From: an uncultured Nitrospiraceae bacterium
GTDB taxonomy: Bacteria; Nitrospirota; Thermodesulfovibrionia; Thermodesulfovibrionales; Dissulfurispiraceae
Assembly (NCBI GenBank): GCA_963705105.1
Contig: CAVPIW010000006.1
Location: 704,001 to 768,000 of the forward strand
DNA length: 64,000 nucleotides
Direction: 5' to 3'
This document shows positions 1 through 12,044 of the stretch, piece after piece. Both the position numbers and the translations under genes were made by a program. Under the pieces are notes generated by a model. It made no database searches. It was not told the origin of the DNA and saw nothing but the letters and a program-made list of their open reading frames with translations. Position 1 is the stretch's first letter, and the number at the start of each line of letters is the position of its first letter.

Positions 1-610
1 GGAGCTCCGCATTCACGTTCACAGCACCGAACAGGCTCGCCGTCATCACCGCCATCGCGATGATCCCCGGGACGAAGAACTCGATAAACCGGTATTTCTT
101 TTTCAGCACCGATGTCTCTGCCGACTTGATGAACGGCGGTTTCCCCGACATTTTCTGGTTTATTCCGGCGAGCACCACGCTCAGGGCCTGCATCTTGGTG
201 GTCACCCCGAAGGAGCTGGGGTCGTGTATCTCCGTGAGGGTAACGGATGCATTGGGGTCGTTGAGCCCCATTCTGCGCATCAAGGACTCTTCACAGCCTT
301 TGGGTATAATGAGGACAAGGTCCCGCTTGTTGTCCTTGGCATACTGTGTGGCGTTGACGGCAGGGTCAACCTGGTTGATCTTGAATCTCCCGCTGCGCCC
401 GATAGCCTGAGCGAGCTGTGCGGACGACTTTGTCCGGTCGAGATCCTGCACGTCCAGATCGAAGATTCTGTTGTCCCTTTCCATAAAAATGGTGCCGAAC
501 ACGAGTATCAGGATCACCGGGAAGGCGATTCTGAAAAACACGGCCGTCTTCTCTCGGTAGAAGCTCTTCACGCTCACGACAAGATTTGCGCCGACAACGC
601 GCAGGTTCAT
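1..610 (-). CDS. ABC-2 type transporter permease (runs off window start)
   Basis: ATG at 610 overlaps the ATPase stop (ATGA). Reads MNLRVVGANLVVSVKSFYREKTAVFFRIAFPVILILVFGTIF, later YRFIEFFVPGIIAMAVMT, typical of ABC-2 permeases. Not in ORF track because truncated. Confidence 0.85.
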   Translation of the reverse strand, partial: MNLRVVGANLVVSVKSFYREKTAVFFRIAFPVILILVFGTIFMERDNRIFDLDVQDLDRTKSSAQLAQAIGRSGRFKINQVDPAVNATQYAKDNKRDLVLIIPKGCEESLMRRMGLNDPNASVTLTEIHDPSSFGVTTKMQALSVVLAGINQKMSGKPPFIKSAETSVLKKKYRFIEFFVPGIIAMAVMTASLFGAVNVNAEL

Positions 611-1560
611 TCCGCCACCCCTCCCCCGACGGGGTCCTCGTGGAGAGCTTCGCCGGTGAGCTTCAGGAAGACCTCTTCCAGGTTGGGCTTGCGAACGTCC
701 AGGCCGAGGAACGACGCCCCGCCCTCCGTGACGGCGTTCAGTATCTTCTGGACATCGTCCGTGTGATCCAACCGGACCTTGATGTTCCTCTGGTTGTCAT
801 GGACCGGCTCGAAGCCCATCTTCCGGAGGATGTCAAAGACTTTTTCATCGACGGACTTCAGCGTGAGGACAACGTAATTCGCGTTGCCTTCTATGAGCTC
901 AGCGGGAGAGTCCATCGCGATGATCTTCCCCTTCGCGATGATTGCAACCCTGTCCGCAAGAAGCTCCGCTTCCTCCATGTAGTGCGTTGTGAGAAATACC
1001 GTCTTCCCCTTCTTCGTCAGGCCCAGCAGGACTTTCCACACCTCGCGCCTCGCGCGGGGGTCGAGGCCTGTCGTCGGCTCGTCGAGGAACACGACTTCGG
1101 GGTCGTTCACAAGCGCAATCGCGATGCCGAGGCGCTGCTTCAAGCCCCCGGAGAGGTCCTTGAACTGCTCTTTTGTCTTTTCCTTGAGGTCCACGAGCTC
1201 TATCAGCCCATCGACATCGCAGTTCCTGCAGCCGAAAAGGCGCGAGTAGTACTGGATGGTCTCCCTGACCGTAATCCTGTCGAACGAGCTGAACCCCTGC
1301 GGCAGGACGCCGATGCGGGGGACAATGTCGTGCTTCCTTTTCGTGACGTCCATCCCAAGAAGGCTCACCTTTCCCGACGTGGGCCTGCGGATTGTCTCGA
1401 TGATCTCTACGGCAGTGGTCTTGCCGGCGCCGTTCGCACCCAGGAACGCGAACACTTCGCCTTTCCTGACAGTGAACGATATGTCGTTGACCGCCAGCAA
1501 CTCCCCGTAACGCTTCGTCAGTCTCTCGACTTCGATTACGTGTTCAGCTTCTTTCGTCAT
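607..1560 (-). CDS. ABC transporter ATP-binding protein (DrrA/NodI-like exporter)
   Basis: Walker A GANGAGKTT, signature LSGGLKQR, Walker B VVFLDEPT, H-loop TTHYMEEA, C-terminal NLEEVFL. Confidence 0.95.
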   Translation of the reverse strand: MTKEAEHVIEVERLTKRYGELLAVNDISFTVRKGEVFAFLGANGAGKTTAVEIIETIRRPTSGKVSLLGMDVTKRKHDIVPRIGVLPQGFSSFDRITVRETIQYYSRLFGCRNCDVDGLIELVDLKEKTKEQFKDLSGGLKQRLGIAIALVNDPEVVFLDEPTTGLDPRARREVWKVLLGLTKKGKTVFLTTHYMEEAELLADRVAIIAKGKIIAMDSPAELIEGNANYVVLTLKSVDEKVFDILRKMGFEPVHDNQRNIKVRLDHTDDVQKILNAVTEGGASFLGLDVRKPNLEEVFLKLTGEALHEDPVGGGVAE

Positions 1561-2366
1561 GAATCGATATTGCCTCTATGGGGGGCAACGATATTAAAAC
1601 ACCCCGCCCATCGCCTCATCGCTGTTGCCGATTCAAGAGGGCGATGGAAAGCCACATCTTCACCCTGGGGAAGCGAACGTACCCATAGGGACCGGCCGGC
1701 AGCTATGGGAAACCGCACCAGGGCCTTCCCTGATAAGCCGACCGGAAAGGTATATCCGCCGTCTTCCCCCACCGTCCCCTCTAACGATGGATAGACGGTG
1801 ATTTGCCGCGGATCCACGAGATGGAATGCACATCCCAGGGCCTTGACAACGGCTTCCTTGACAGACCAGAGCAGGGCCGATGCCTTTTCCAAATCTCCGC
1901 CCGCCAACCTCAAGGCATGCTGAAGCTCTTGTGGATGGAAGACCCGGTGAAAGGGGTATCCTCTCTGGAATTCATCGGGCCCTGCCACATCAATGCCGAT
2001 ATCAGACTCATCTCCACAGAGAGCAGCCCAGACTTTTCCTCCACCCTCGCTGAAGGAGATGGCCGGACCCCGATATTCTCCCAACAGGAGATGGGGCCTG
2101 CCGAGCAGGCCGCGGACCACCTGAATCGGGAAAGCAGTCCTGTTGGAGGATTGACAGCGTTTCCAAAGAGGACTTTCCATCGCCACAAGGTGATCCCACA
2201 GGGTGGAGACAAGGCGGTGCTTGTCCCCTGCCCCGTTCGTCCCACACCCTTTGAGGGTTTCGTCGGCACATGGCATGGATGCATAGAAGACGGGTCCTCT
2301 TCCATGAACGAAACTCATGGCATGAACGGTTATTCCTTGGCAATCCTTTGCCACATCCACTCCCAC
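1557..2366 (-). CDS. 4'-phosphopantetheinyl transferase (C-terminus probably frameshifted)
   Basis: IGIDV and WSVKEAVVKA motifs; directly downstream of the PKS; a shifted frame near 1665 gives a more natural end KMWLSIALLNRQQR*. Confidence 0.85.
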   Translation of the reverse strand: MGVDVAKDCQGITVHAMSFVHGRGPVFYASMPCADETLKGCGTNGAGDKHRLVSTLWDHLVAMESPLWKRCQSSNRTAFPIQVVRGLLGRPHLLLGEYRGPAISFSEGGGKVWAALCGDESDIGIDVAGPDEFQRGYPFHRVFHPQELQHALRLAGGDLEKASALLWSVKEAVVKALGCAFHLVDPRQITVYPSLEGTVGEDGGYTFPVGLSGKALVRFPIAAGRSLWVRSLPQGEDVAFHRPLESATAMRRWAGCFNIVAPHRGNIDS

Positions 2367-2386
2367 TCTTTTCGAACTATGCTTTA

Positions 2387-2771
2387 CCTTATCGTTGCAT
2401 TCGCCTTCTGGAAAGGCGGGGTGAAGATGCCACTGAAAAAGTCACTAAGTCATTAAGTTATTGAGTCATTGAGTCATTATCGGCAGTCGGAACAACGCAG
2501 GGAGCACTCGGGCGGGAAGGCTGAAGTGGTGAAAAGCCTTTCCGCTAAGATACCTCATTCTTCCCCAGACAAGCGATTGCCGTCGCTATCGATACCACAA
2601 GCCCGTCAGCCAACAGGCGCTGAACACCTTGAGATGTCTCATCATCGCATTGGAAAGGCTTTGAACCATATTTGCCTTCCCGGAGACCGCGTAGATATAA
2701 GAACTATTCCTTTCACTGACACTCACACTGTTTCAGATCGCTTCGCCCCGCCTTTTCATGCAACTGTGAGG
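2387..2771 (+). mobile_element. MITE copy (long cargo), between PKS and PPTase
   Basis: CCTTATCGTTGCA...GAAAGGCGGGG left end, CCCCGCCTTTTCATGCAACTG right end; near-identical inverted copy at 13878-14268; flanks TTTA/CTCA do not match. Confidence 0.8.
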
Positions 2772-2772
2772 C

Positions 2773-5700
2773 TCACTCCGAAACCCAGTGCATCCGCAAT
2801 ACCATAAATCTGCATGATGGTGCGGCCTTGATCGTCAATCCCTCTGGCGTCCCAGGCGAGGCCTTCGTCGTCCTGCGCCCGCATGCGGGCCTCCAGGGTT
2901 ATCTGTTCCCCTGCCCGGCATTTTCGCAAAAACCTCATCTCCCCGATCTCCATGGGAATCATCGATCGCCGCTCCGATGGGTCCATTGCGGCGATGTGGA
3001 AGCCGACCAACTGCAAAAGGGCCTCGAAAAGGTAGGGAGAGTATTGGTACCGGGCGTTCCGCAGATTTGCGAAATCACTTGTCTCCCGGTAGGTGGTTCG
3101 GCCCCGGACCACCCCCGGACCTGCACCGTCAAGGAACTCCATCACGCGATACCTGCCTTCGAGGCCGCTGCGGTCTTTGTACCATTTAAGCACTTTTTTA
3201 TGATCCATGGGCTTCGTCCGCAGTTCGTCCAGCCGGACAGGAAAATCCGGGAGCCCCTCCCCGAGATATCCTCCCCCGCCATCAAGGATCACTTGGCCCT
3301 TGCAGTGCGGGGTGAAGCGGTCCGTCAATCTCCCGGCGGGGGAGATCTCCTGTGTTGCGAGAGAGACCTCGCACAATACCTCCCGAAGGCCGTTGCCGGC
3401 CCGGCGGCAGGAGATCCTGGAAGGCCGTGGAACCCCGGGAGGACATTGGATCATGTCCATGAGCCGCACCTGGCGAACTCCTCGCACCTGCAGGTGGGGA
3501 TACAGGATCCGGGCGGCTTCCATGAATGTCTCCAGAACCATGGCGGCTGAGACCAGAGGATGCTTGACGAACTTGAAAGGCCTGTGATCCGCGATCCAAA
3601 GATCCTTCTCCAGGGAGAAGGATCTGAAGGCCTCCAGTTCTTCCCGGCGGATGTCCAGGCAAGAGATCCTTTCTATCATGGGGAAATCCTCGGGGCTGAA
3701 GGACACGGTGCCTCCATCCAGTTCTCCACTGCGTGACGGACGGATTGTATCATTGAGCAGTGCCGTCCTCACGGATGGCAGCTTCCTCATGAACATCACC
3801 CAATCGTCGTCGGCCGGGGCTACGAAGAGCTCCCGGCAGAAAAGCCCTGCAAGCTCATTCACATGGATGTACGCCACGCCCTTCCGCTTCATCAGCTCCC
3901 GGACCTCCGGATCCTCGGCCATGCCCGCCCCCTCGACAGGGGGAAGCATCAAAGCCTTGAACCGGATGGCGCCGTTTTTCCGGCGGAGGGTTCTGAGCAA
4001 CGCAGACATCATCCGGTTGGCTGCAGCGTAGTTGGCCTGGCCGGGATTCCCCTGGATCGCGGCCGCCGAGGAGAGGCCCACGAAAAACCTCAAACCGGCC
4101 TCCTTCGCAGCCGAGAATAGATTCCAGGCCCGAGGAATTTGACGTCCGTGACCATGGAGAAATCATCCGGGGTCATTTGGCTCAAGAGACCGTCCCTGAG
4201 GACTCCGGCGCCGTGAATGATCCCGTCGATCTTGCCATAACGGCTTGCCACCTCGCCCATGATCGCGCGGACCGCCTCGGGGTCGGTCACATCGCAGGTA
4301 TGGTACGTTGCCTCGATCCCTGAGGAGTGCAAATCCGCCAGGGTCCGGGCGATCTCCGATGCCCTGTAGTCGAGAGTGAACGCCTCAGAAGGCGAATGTT
4401 CAGGGTCGCGGCTTTACGGGATTGATGCCTGGATCGAGAGGGGTCCTCCCCAGAAAGACCAGGCGGGGCGTGAAAGGCACAAGGCTGCGGGCCAGGTGGG
4501 CGCTGATCCCGGTTGCGCCCCCGGACATGACGACAACGTCTCCAGGGCTCAGATTCAGACTTGACGGATCCCCGAAGACCGACGGGGCTACGTGCCCCTC
4601 CGAAGTGAAGACCCTTCCATCACGATGAATGATCTCCACCACGGTGCATCCTCTGTCCAGAGCACCGCGCAGCGCAACGCGAAGGTCGGTATCCCTGTCG
4701 ATTTCCAATGTGCGAAACTGGACCGATGGGTATTCCTGCGCTGCGCTCAGAAAAAGTCCGAGCATCCCTTCCGCCAGCAGCCGACCGAGAGTTTCGGTAT
4801 CCTCCCTGGAATGGATCAGCACCACGAATTTCTTGGCCGGTGATTGAAGAAATGCCTTCAGGAGGAGAAAGAGCCCCCTGAGAAGCCGCGAAACATCCGC
4901 CATGTTTCTTAACCTTCCCGACCCGCCTTGAGGGAGGGTGATGACCATCCCGGCAAGGGACGCCAGGCCCGCTATTCTATCTACAGCCCTGGAGGCCCCT
5001 TCATCGGTTCGAATGTCGTGGCCCTCTTCGCCCGGACCGAAGTTCCCTTGCATGAACAGCATCGGAAACGTGTCAACCCCGTAATCCAGTCGGAGGATGT
5101 CCCCTGCACTTCCGGCAATCCCGTCATCCCTGTCAGGTGAGAGAAGGAGGACTGACTCGCCTGGGCTCAATTCCATGGGAATAGAGGCCGCCAACTCTAC
5201 AGTGGCATGGTTGAATACGAGCCGCTTTAAACTCGCCTCATCCTCTGAGGGCTTCAGGATTTCATCCCGCACCGGGTCGGGGTCAGACAGCCTTGGTGGC
5301 CGGCTGCAGGCCGGGACCTCCCTGCCTGGCGATGATCTCGGAGATCCTCTGGGCGATGTCCTTCACGGTGCGGACACCTATAAAATCCTCCAATTCGATA
5401 GTGATCCCGAATTGGCGTTCCGCAGCATCCATGATGATGGGGAGACGACTGGATCGGATGGAGAGGTCCTTTCTGAGATCCATATCGGGTTGGATCTCGT
5501 CCCTGTTGAATCCTGTAGCATCCATGATGATTCGAATAAGCCTCTCCATAAGATCTTGGTGCTCAGACGCCTCACCGGGGGCAGGTGAGGCCTGTTGCAG
5601 AATGGCAGGGGTGGAATCGAGAGGCGGGGATGCCGGTTTTCCGGGAGAGACCTGCTTCTGGCTTTCGGGAGGCCCGGAACCCACAAGCATGGATTTGATA

Positions 5701-8700
5701 ACGGATGATAGATCGCCTTCCTGGAATGTTGGGTCAAGCTCTTGGCGGATGGCTTCCAGGATGTTGGGCTTAAGGAAGCGGCCGAAGGTCTCTATCATGA
5801 ATCGGTTGATTTCCCTTTGAATGATCCTCTCCACCGGGTTGGAGCCTGCAAGCCCAGGTTCCGACGGTCGTAACGCGGGTGCTGGGGCGATTCGGTGAGA
5901 TTCGGGAGTTTTTCTGAATGCAGAGAGGGAAACAAACCTCGGTTCTCCTTCAACCTTCAGATGACCTTGAACGAAGAGCTGAGCAAGAGCGGTCTTGCAG
6001 GTCAGGCCCTCTGCGGAAGGAAGGCACGTCTGGATACATGCCGATTCAGGAAGCGTGTCTGCGATGAGATTGCTTAATGTTTCGCCGGGGCCCACCTCCA
6101 CGAAGAGCCGGACTCCGTAGTCATTCCAAAGGGTCTGGACATTATTCATCCAATGGACGGTAGATTCCAGGTGGGCCATCAGGATTCGCCTGATCTCACC
6201 GGGATCTGATGGATACGGCGCCATGGTCGTGTTGGAGATGACGGGAATCTGCGGGGAATGAAATGGAATGGAGGCAATGTACGCCTCGAGCTCATCATGG
6301 ATGACCTTCATGATAGGAGAGTGGAAGGCCATGCTGACCCGCAAGAGGGTGGCCCGGTGTCCCATTTCCTTCAATCTTTTGCACAGATCCTTGACCGCCT
6401 CGGTGTTGCCGCTCAGGACGACCTGGTTCGGTGAATTGATATTGCCGATGTGGACATCCTCCCGTCCCTGGATCATCTCTTTCAGCAGATCCAGGGGGGA
6501 CGTCCACGGCCGCCATGACGCCGGGGTCCACGTGCATGCCAGCGGCCTTGTCCATGCAGAGGGCCCTCTTGTTCACGATTCGAAACCCGTCCTCCGGGGA
6601 ATAGACACCGGCCAGGCACAAGGCGGTCAGTTCGCCCAAACTATGGCCGGCCATGGCCACAGGGTGGATACCCAGGGTGGTGAGGTATCGAGCCATGGCG
6701 TGTTCCATGGCGAACATGGCAGGTTGCTGCCACCGGGTCTTCTGAAGGTTCTCCTCTCGATCGTGGAACAATAAGTGAAGGAGGTCGAAGTCCGCTGCAG
6801 CTGCAGCCCGATCCATCCACTCCTTGATGACGGGAAAGGACTCGTAGAGCTCCCGCCCCATTCCTCCATACTGTGACCCCTGTCCGGGAAATACAAAGGC
6901 GAGCGGCAGGGCCGGCAGATCCTCGCGGCTCATGAAAATTCCCTGCTGCGCCAGGGACCTCAACACCTTGGGTGAGACGATTCCGGCTTCGGCAAGGGAG
7001 GCCGACCTCTCGATGACCGTGAGCGCCTCCTCTTCGGATTGCGCCACAACGGCCATCCGGCAGTTACGGCCGTCCATCTCGGTCCGGAAGAAAGAGACGC
7101 CCTGGAGCGTGGGAGAGCCACCTCCCCTTCTCTCTATCGAGACCGGGTTCTCTGCCCGGTGAGACCAGGATCGTATCCACTTCATCCATGGCCTGCTCCA
7201 CCTGCACAACGTAGTTGGAACCTCCAAACCCGAAGGCGTTGACCTGAAGCCTTCTTGGCTCGGCCGTCCCTGCACTTCCAATCAAGCGGCTCCGGGGCGA
7301 TGAGGAGACCCGATCCTTCCAGGTCGATTTCCGGGTCTGGATGCATATAATTGAGGGTGGGAGGGAAAACCCCCGCCTTCATGGCCATGACTCCTCGAAT
7401 GAGGCTGTTAATGCCCGAGGCGCCCAGTGTGTGTCCGATCTGGGATTTGAATGAGGTGATCACGGTGCGCTTGGAGGAATTGAAGACGGCCTTCAGGGCA
7501 CGGACCTCCTCCACGTCTCCTTGCCGGGTGCTCGTGGCATGGCATTCCACCAGGTCCACTGCATCGGGCCCATAGGGTATCCCTCGGAAAGAGGCGCGGA
7601 TGGCCATCTCTTGGGTGACACTGGCGGACTCCACCATGCCCAGATGGTTGTTGCTCGCTCCCATGCCGGTGATGACGGCGTGGACACGCGCCCCTCTTGC
7701 GCGGGCCAGGCTTTCCCGCTCGATGACGATCATTCCCCCGCCTTCGCCGAGGACCATCCCGTCTCTTTCAGCATCGAAGGGGCGGGAGGTCTCGTGAGCG
7801 GGTCTTTCCTGTCCGGACAGCCCGTAAAGTGCGCCCAGGGCGGAGAATTCCAGAAAATGCAAGTGGGTGAGATTATCTTCGCCCCCTCCGACGATGGCGG
7901 CATCGATGATGCCGTTCCGGATCATCTGGATGGCGCTGTGAAGTGCGACCAGTGAGGTCGCGCAGGCTGCGGAGACAGAATAGCTGGGCCCCATGAACCC
8001 ATACCGGTTGCAGATGAAGCCGGCCGCTGCGCAGTTGAGTCTGCCCAGGAGTGTGGTGTCATCCGGGGCCATGCGTCCGGACTTCACCTCTCGTTCGATG
8101 GCGCTCTCCTGATCCGGCGTGAGGTGAACGGCCCTTTTGACAGCGCCAAGGATATCGTGAACGTACTCCCTGATGATCATATCGGTGAGGGTCCCCGCCG
8201 CCTCTCCCGAGTTCTGGGAGATGAGGACTCCGATTCGTTCGCGCGGGATGTCCGACTCCAGGATGCCGGATGCCCGGATGGCCCTGTCCGCCAGCCACAT
8301 GGTGATCCTTGTGGCCTCGGTCATGGTCCGGAAATCATGGGGAGGAATCCCGAGTTCATTGCGGGAGACATGAAAGTCCAGGAAGGCGCCCACCTTGCAG
8401 TAGGTCTTGTCCGGAACCTGCGGCCGGGGATCATAAAAAAGCGTCGTGATCCCACCGCGAAGGCGGAACCAATGTAATCCCGCTCTTCATGGCCAGGCTT
8501 GCAGCCCAGACTTCCTCCGGACTCTTCCCCAGGGCATTGAGTATGCTCATCCCGGTGATGGCAACCCTTTCACGATCGTCTCTGTGGGGGGCGACTCGCT
8601 TCAGTCCATGGCCGACCCCGGAGGATGGGGTTTCCGGGGTTTTCTCGATCGACCCCACAACGGGCTGATGCAGCAAAAGAGGGCCTTCGGCCAGCTCGCG

Positions 8701-10701
8701 GTGAAAGGACTGCAGCTTCCGGACCTCACGGATGAGGCCGGCGCAGGCCCCGCTCATGAATTGCCCGCGTTCCAGACAGGCCCGCTCATCCAGAGGCACC
8801 CCGCCTGGCCTGTCCATGCCTCGGGCCGCAGCGAAGAGGCTCCCCGCGGCCATCTCCTCCATTCTCGTCCGGAAGGAGGGCTCGTCCTGGTGGCCCGCTG
8901 CAAACTCCCTCTCCAGGGATAAAATAGCTTCCACTCTCGGGGTCCTCAAGGACCGCACCCGAAGTCCGGTGTCCTGGCCTGAAACGACTGTTCCCCCCGG
9001 AGGCGATTCCAGAATCATCCGCTGATAGAGCGCCGTCAAGGCGCCTGTTTCAACGATCTCCTGGGTGGCCAGATAGGCGGTGCCCATCTGGATGGCGTCC
9101 GCGCCGAGCATGGCGGCCATGAATGCGGTCTCCCGATTGAAGATTCCCCCTGCAAGGATCACGCGACAGTTTTGGAACAGGGATGGCTTGCGCCGTTTCA
9201 GATCCAACACCATTTGAGCAAGGGTGAGTGTGCTATGCTGCCCCACGTGGCCGCCGGCCTCATACCCCTCGCAGACCACGTACCGGACGCCCGCTTCAAG
9301 GGCGAGCCTCAACAGGGCCTCATCAGGAGCGATATACATGACCCCTATGCCGCATTCTATCAATTCTCTTAAGGGGGAGAGATCGCCGCCTGCGATCACG
9401 ACAAAACGGGGTCTCTGTTTCTTTATCCAGGCCAGATGCGTCTCCCTGAAAGGGTTCTCTGCCAAAGAGACGACATTCACCGCATAAGGGCGCCCTCCCA
9501 TGATCTCCGGCAGGCGTCCCAGCCTCCGGTCAAGGGCCTCCGCGTCCATCAGGCCAAGGGCGATGGTGGGCAATCCACCGGCATCGGCAACTCTTGAGGC
9601 AAACTCCGGGACATCTGTGATCCAGGACATGGCCCCCTGGATAAAGGGATATTTAGTTCCCATCTCTCTGGCTACAGGGCTGTCCAAAAAGCAATCCTTT
9701 TTCGCCTCAGCCAGGCGGCATAGGTTTCGAATCTCGCCCATGAAGGCTTTCACGGCCTCCTCGGTTCCGGCCCCAAAACGCTCAACGAACGACGCAGCAA
9801 AGGCAGCTTCCACGCCCAGAGGGATGACCTCGTCCTGACTGAAATGGCTCTCCAGAGGGTGGAGGGCCCTGGCATGCACCTGGCTTACGAAGGAGCGGCG
9901 GCTTTCGTCCGTGATCTCTGCTCCGCACAGCGAGTCCTCGAGCGTCTTGATCTCCTTGAACGCCAGCGAGTTTCCCTTGTTGAAAAGGCGACAGGGAACC
10001 TGCAGGTCCAGGCCGACCAGATCGGTAGAATCCAGGCGGAGCTTGGAGAGCCGCTGGCGTTGAACATCATCAATGGCAACCAGATCTGTCAGCCAATGGA
10101 CGCTCTCGAAAACGATCCCGGTGGCCCCGGTGGACAGGAATGCCGCTGCCGCCTCAGGGGTGGAGACGCCTCCCCAGATGAGGATATCGAGAGGCTTCGA
10201 GGGTGTGCGCAGCATTTCCTTGACCACCGAATAGAGAGCCATGGTCGTCTCACCGCTCACGAATCCGGAGGCCTCGCATCCTTTCAGGACGATGCGCCCG
10301 ATACCCGAGTTATCCTTCAAAATCGCTGCCAGGAGATCCATGTCACCGATGATCGGAAAGCAACGGTGGTTTTCCGACAATTCCCTCAATCTCTGAAGAA
10401 AGATGGAAGAATCTCCTTGAAAAAACTGGGGATGGCATTCTACCCAGATGTCATGGACCCCTGTTTCTTTCAGTAACTGCCCCAAAGATGGATCCATCAA
10501 GGCAGGGACAGAAATCTTGATATCCCTGACGTGGCCGGCAGGGTCGGCCTTTCGTAAGAAAGAACGCAACCCTTCCACCCCCATCATGGAAAAATCGAAG
10601 ATGGCTCTGCTCCCTGTTCGCTGAGCCATTTGAATCACCGATGGGATAATCTCCTCAGGCCGCCAGACGAAACCGATGATAGAAACCCGATGCTCAGCCA
10701 C
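2773..10701 (-). CDS. Iterative type I PKS/FAS, PfaA-like, with N-terminal tandem FMN enoyl-reductase (FabK/PfaD/nitronate monooxygenase-like) domains: ER-ER-KS-AT-ACP-KR-DH; split into several ORFs by frameshifts
   Basis: ER: QGAM, EGYEAGGH, LAGGI, QMGT. KS: DKTYCKVGAF, SAACATS, ECHATST, IGHTLGASG, NAFGFGGSN. AT: FPGQGSQY, GHSLGE, AFHS. ACP: DLRKDLSIRSS. KR: SGGATGI, HGAGVLRD, YAAAN. DH: IADHRP...HP, PYLFEALLQ. ORFs 8431-10701, 7182-8393, 7064-7285, 6295-7281, 5283-6476, 4400-5272, 4090-4332 and 2756-4093 join colinearly. Confidence 0.85.
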
Positions 10702-10792
10702 TATGTCAGACCTCTGCCTTTAAAGCCATACGCTCACCTTCTGCCTGATCCCGCCCTAAATCCCGGACCGTATTTGATAATCCGGGGGCAAA

Positions 10793-11936
10793 TCATAAAG
10801 ACTTTCTGAATATGCGATATTTCTTGTATCTTTTTGCGCCCGCTTCCTCTACCAAAGAGTTGATCGATTCGTTGTCCTCCAGGGTCCAGCCCAGCTCCAG
10901 ATAATGATATTTCTTTTTTCCCCTCACGACCTCATATATGTGGTGGAAGGCTAACATGGGGAGTCCCAGTTGCCGGAACTTCTCCTTGATCCCGAACATC
11001 AACAACCGCAATCCGTTGATCTCCCGCCGATACAGGAGGAACTTCAGCACACCCAGGAGACCGATCCGCCCGTTGAGACGCTTGAGCAATGGGTTAATGT
11101 CAGGAAAGATGACGCAGAACCGCTGCGGGTTCATCCTCATAATAGATGAAGAAAACCATGTCCGGATCCACGAATTCCATGACGTTCTTTTGAATGTCCC
11201 GCATCTCATTACCGCTCAGGGGGACGAACCCCCAGTTATCAGCCCAGGCGGCATTATATATCTCCCTGATCAGAGCAAACTCAGAGTCCGCATCCTTTGG
11301 ACGAGAGAGCCTGATGCGGATACCTTTTTTTTTGGCCATCCGTTCAGCAAGATGATCCATCCACTCGGGAAGCCGGTAATCGCCATCTATCAGGAAAGCG
11401 AGCAGGTCCTTCTCTTTGGTGTAGCCGCACGATTCGACCAGCCTTGGGTAGTACGGCGGGTTGTAAGCCATCATCAAGGCAGGCGGATAATCGAATCCCT
11501 CAATGAGCAAGCCCGCCTCGTAATTGCTGGACGGGTTGAGCGGACCTCTCATGAAGGTCATCCCTTTCCGGCGAACCCACGTCTCCACGGAAGAGAAGAG
11601 GGCTGCCGCTGCCTCCGGATCGTCAACACATTCGAAGAATCCCCAACTGCCCATCTTTTCGTTGTGGAACTGGTTATAATGGCGATCTATGATGCCCGTG
11701 ATCCTTCCGACCGTCTCCGAACCACGCCGGGCCAGAAAGAGGATGCGTTCGGAAAACTCCCAGAAAGGGTGTCTGCGGGGGTCCAGCATCCGGCGAACCT
11801 CTTTCTTAAGGGGGGGGACCCAGTTGGGGTACTCGGCATAGATCCTCCATGGCAGGTCAATGAAGTCCCTTAATTCCGATCCCCCTTCCACAGCAATAAT
11901 CTCTATGCCTGCCATAGTCGTTATTATCGTGAACAA
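10793..11936 (-). CDS. GNAT-fold acyltransferase, YghO-like (one frameshift near 11110)
   Basis: FIDLPWRIY..PNWVPPL, GRITGI, GFFEC, RGPLNPS, MAYNPPYY, YNAAWADNWGFVP, C-terminal ELGWTLEDN; ORFs 11100-11936 and 10793-11209 join. Confidence 0.8.
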
Positions 11937-11952
11937 AAAATATTTGTGTCAA

Positions 11953-12044
11953 CCTTATCGTTTCATAAGTCCGCGGGAAAGGCGGGGCGAAGATGCAGAA
12001 AAGTCTTGCTGCGGCGACACACGCCCTGCTGCATGCGAAGACGG
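11953..12044 (+). mobile_element. Short degenerate MITE copy
   Basis: CCTTATCGTTTCA...GAAAGGCGGGG left end plus cttgctgcggcgacac cargo; flanks TCAA/TCAT at the asmA stop. Confidence 0.6.

Noticed and set aside
2469..2807. Repeated small ORFs (MSHYRQSEQ..., also 13875-14186; MAKRLKALL... at 57231 and 60135)
   Set aside because: They lie inside MITE copies, lack an RBS, and frames are not kept between copies
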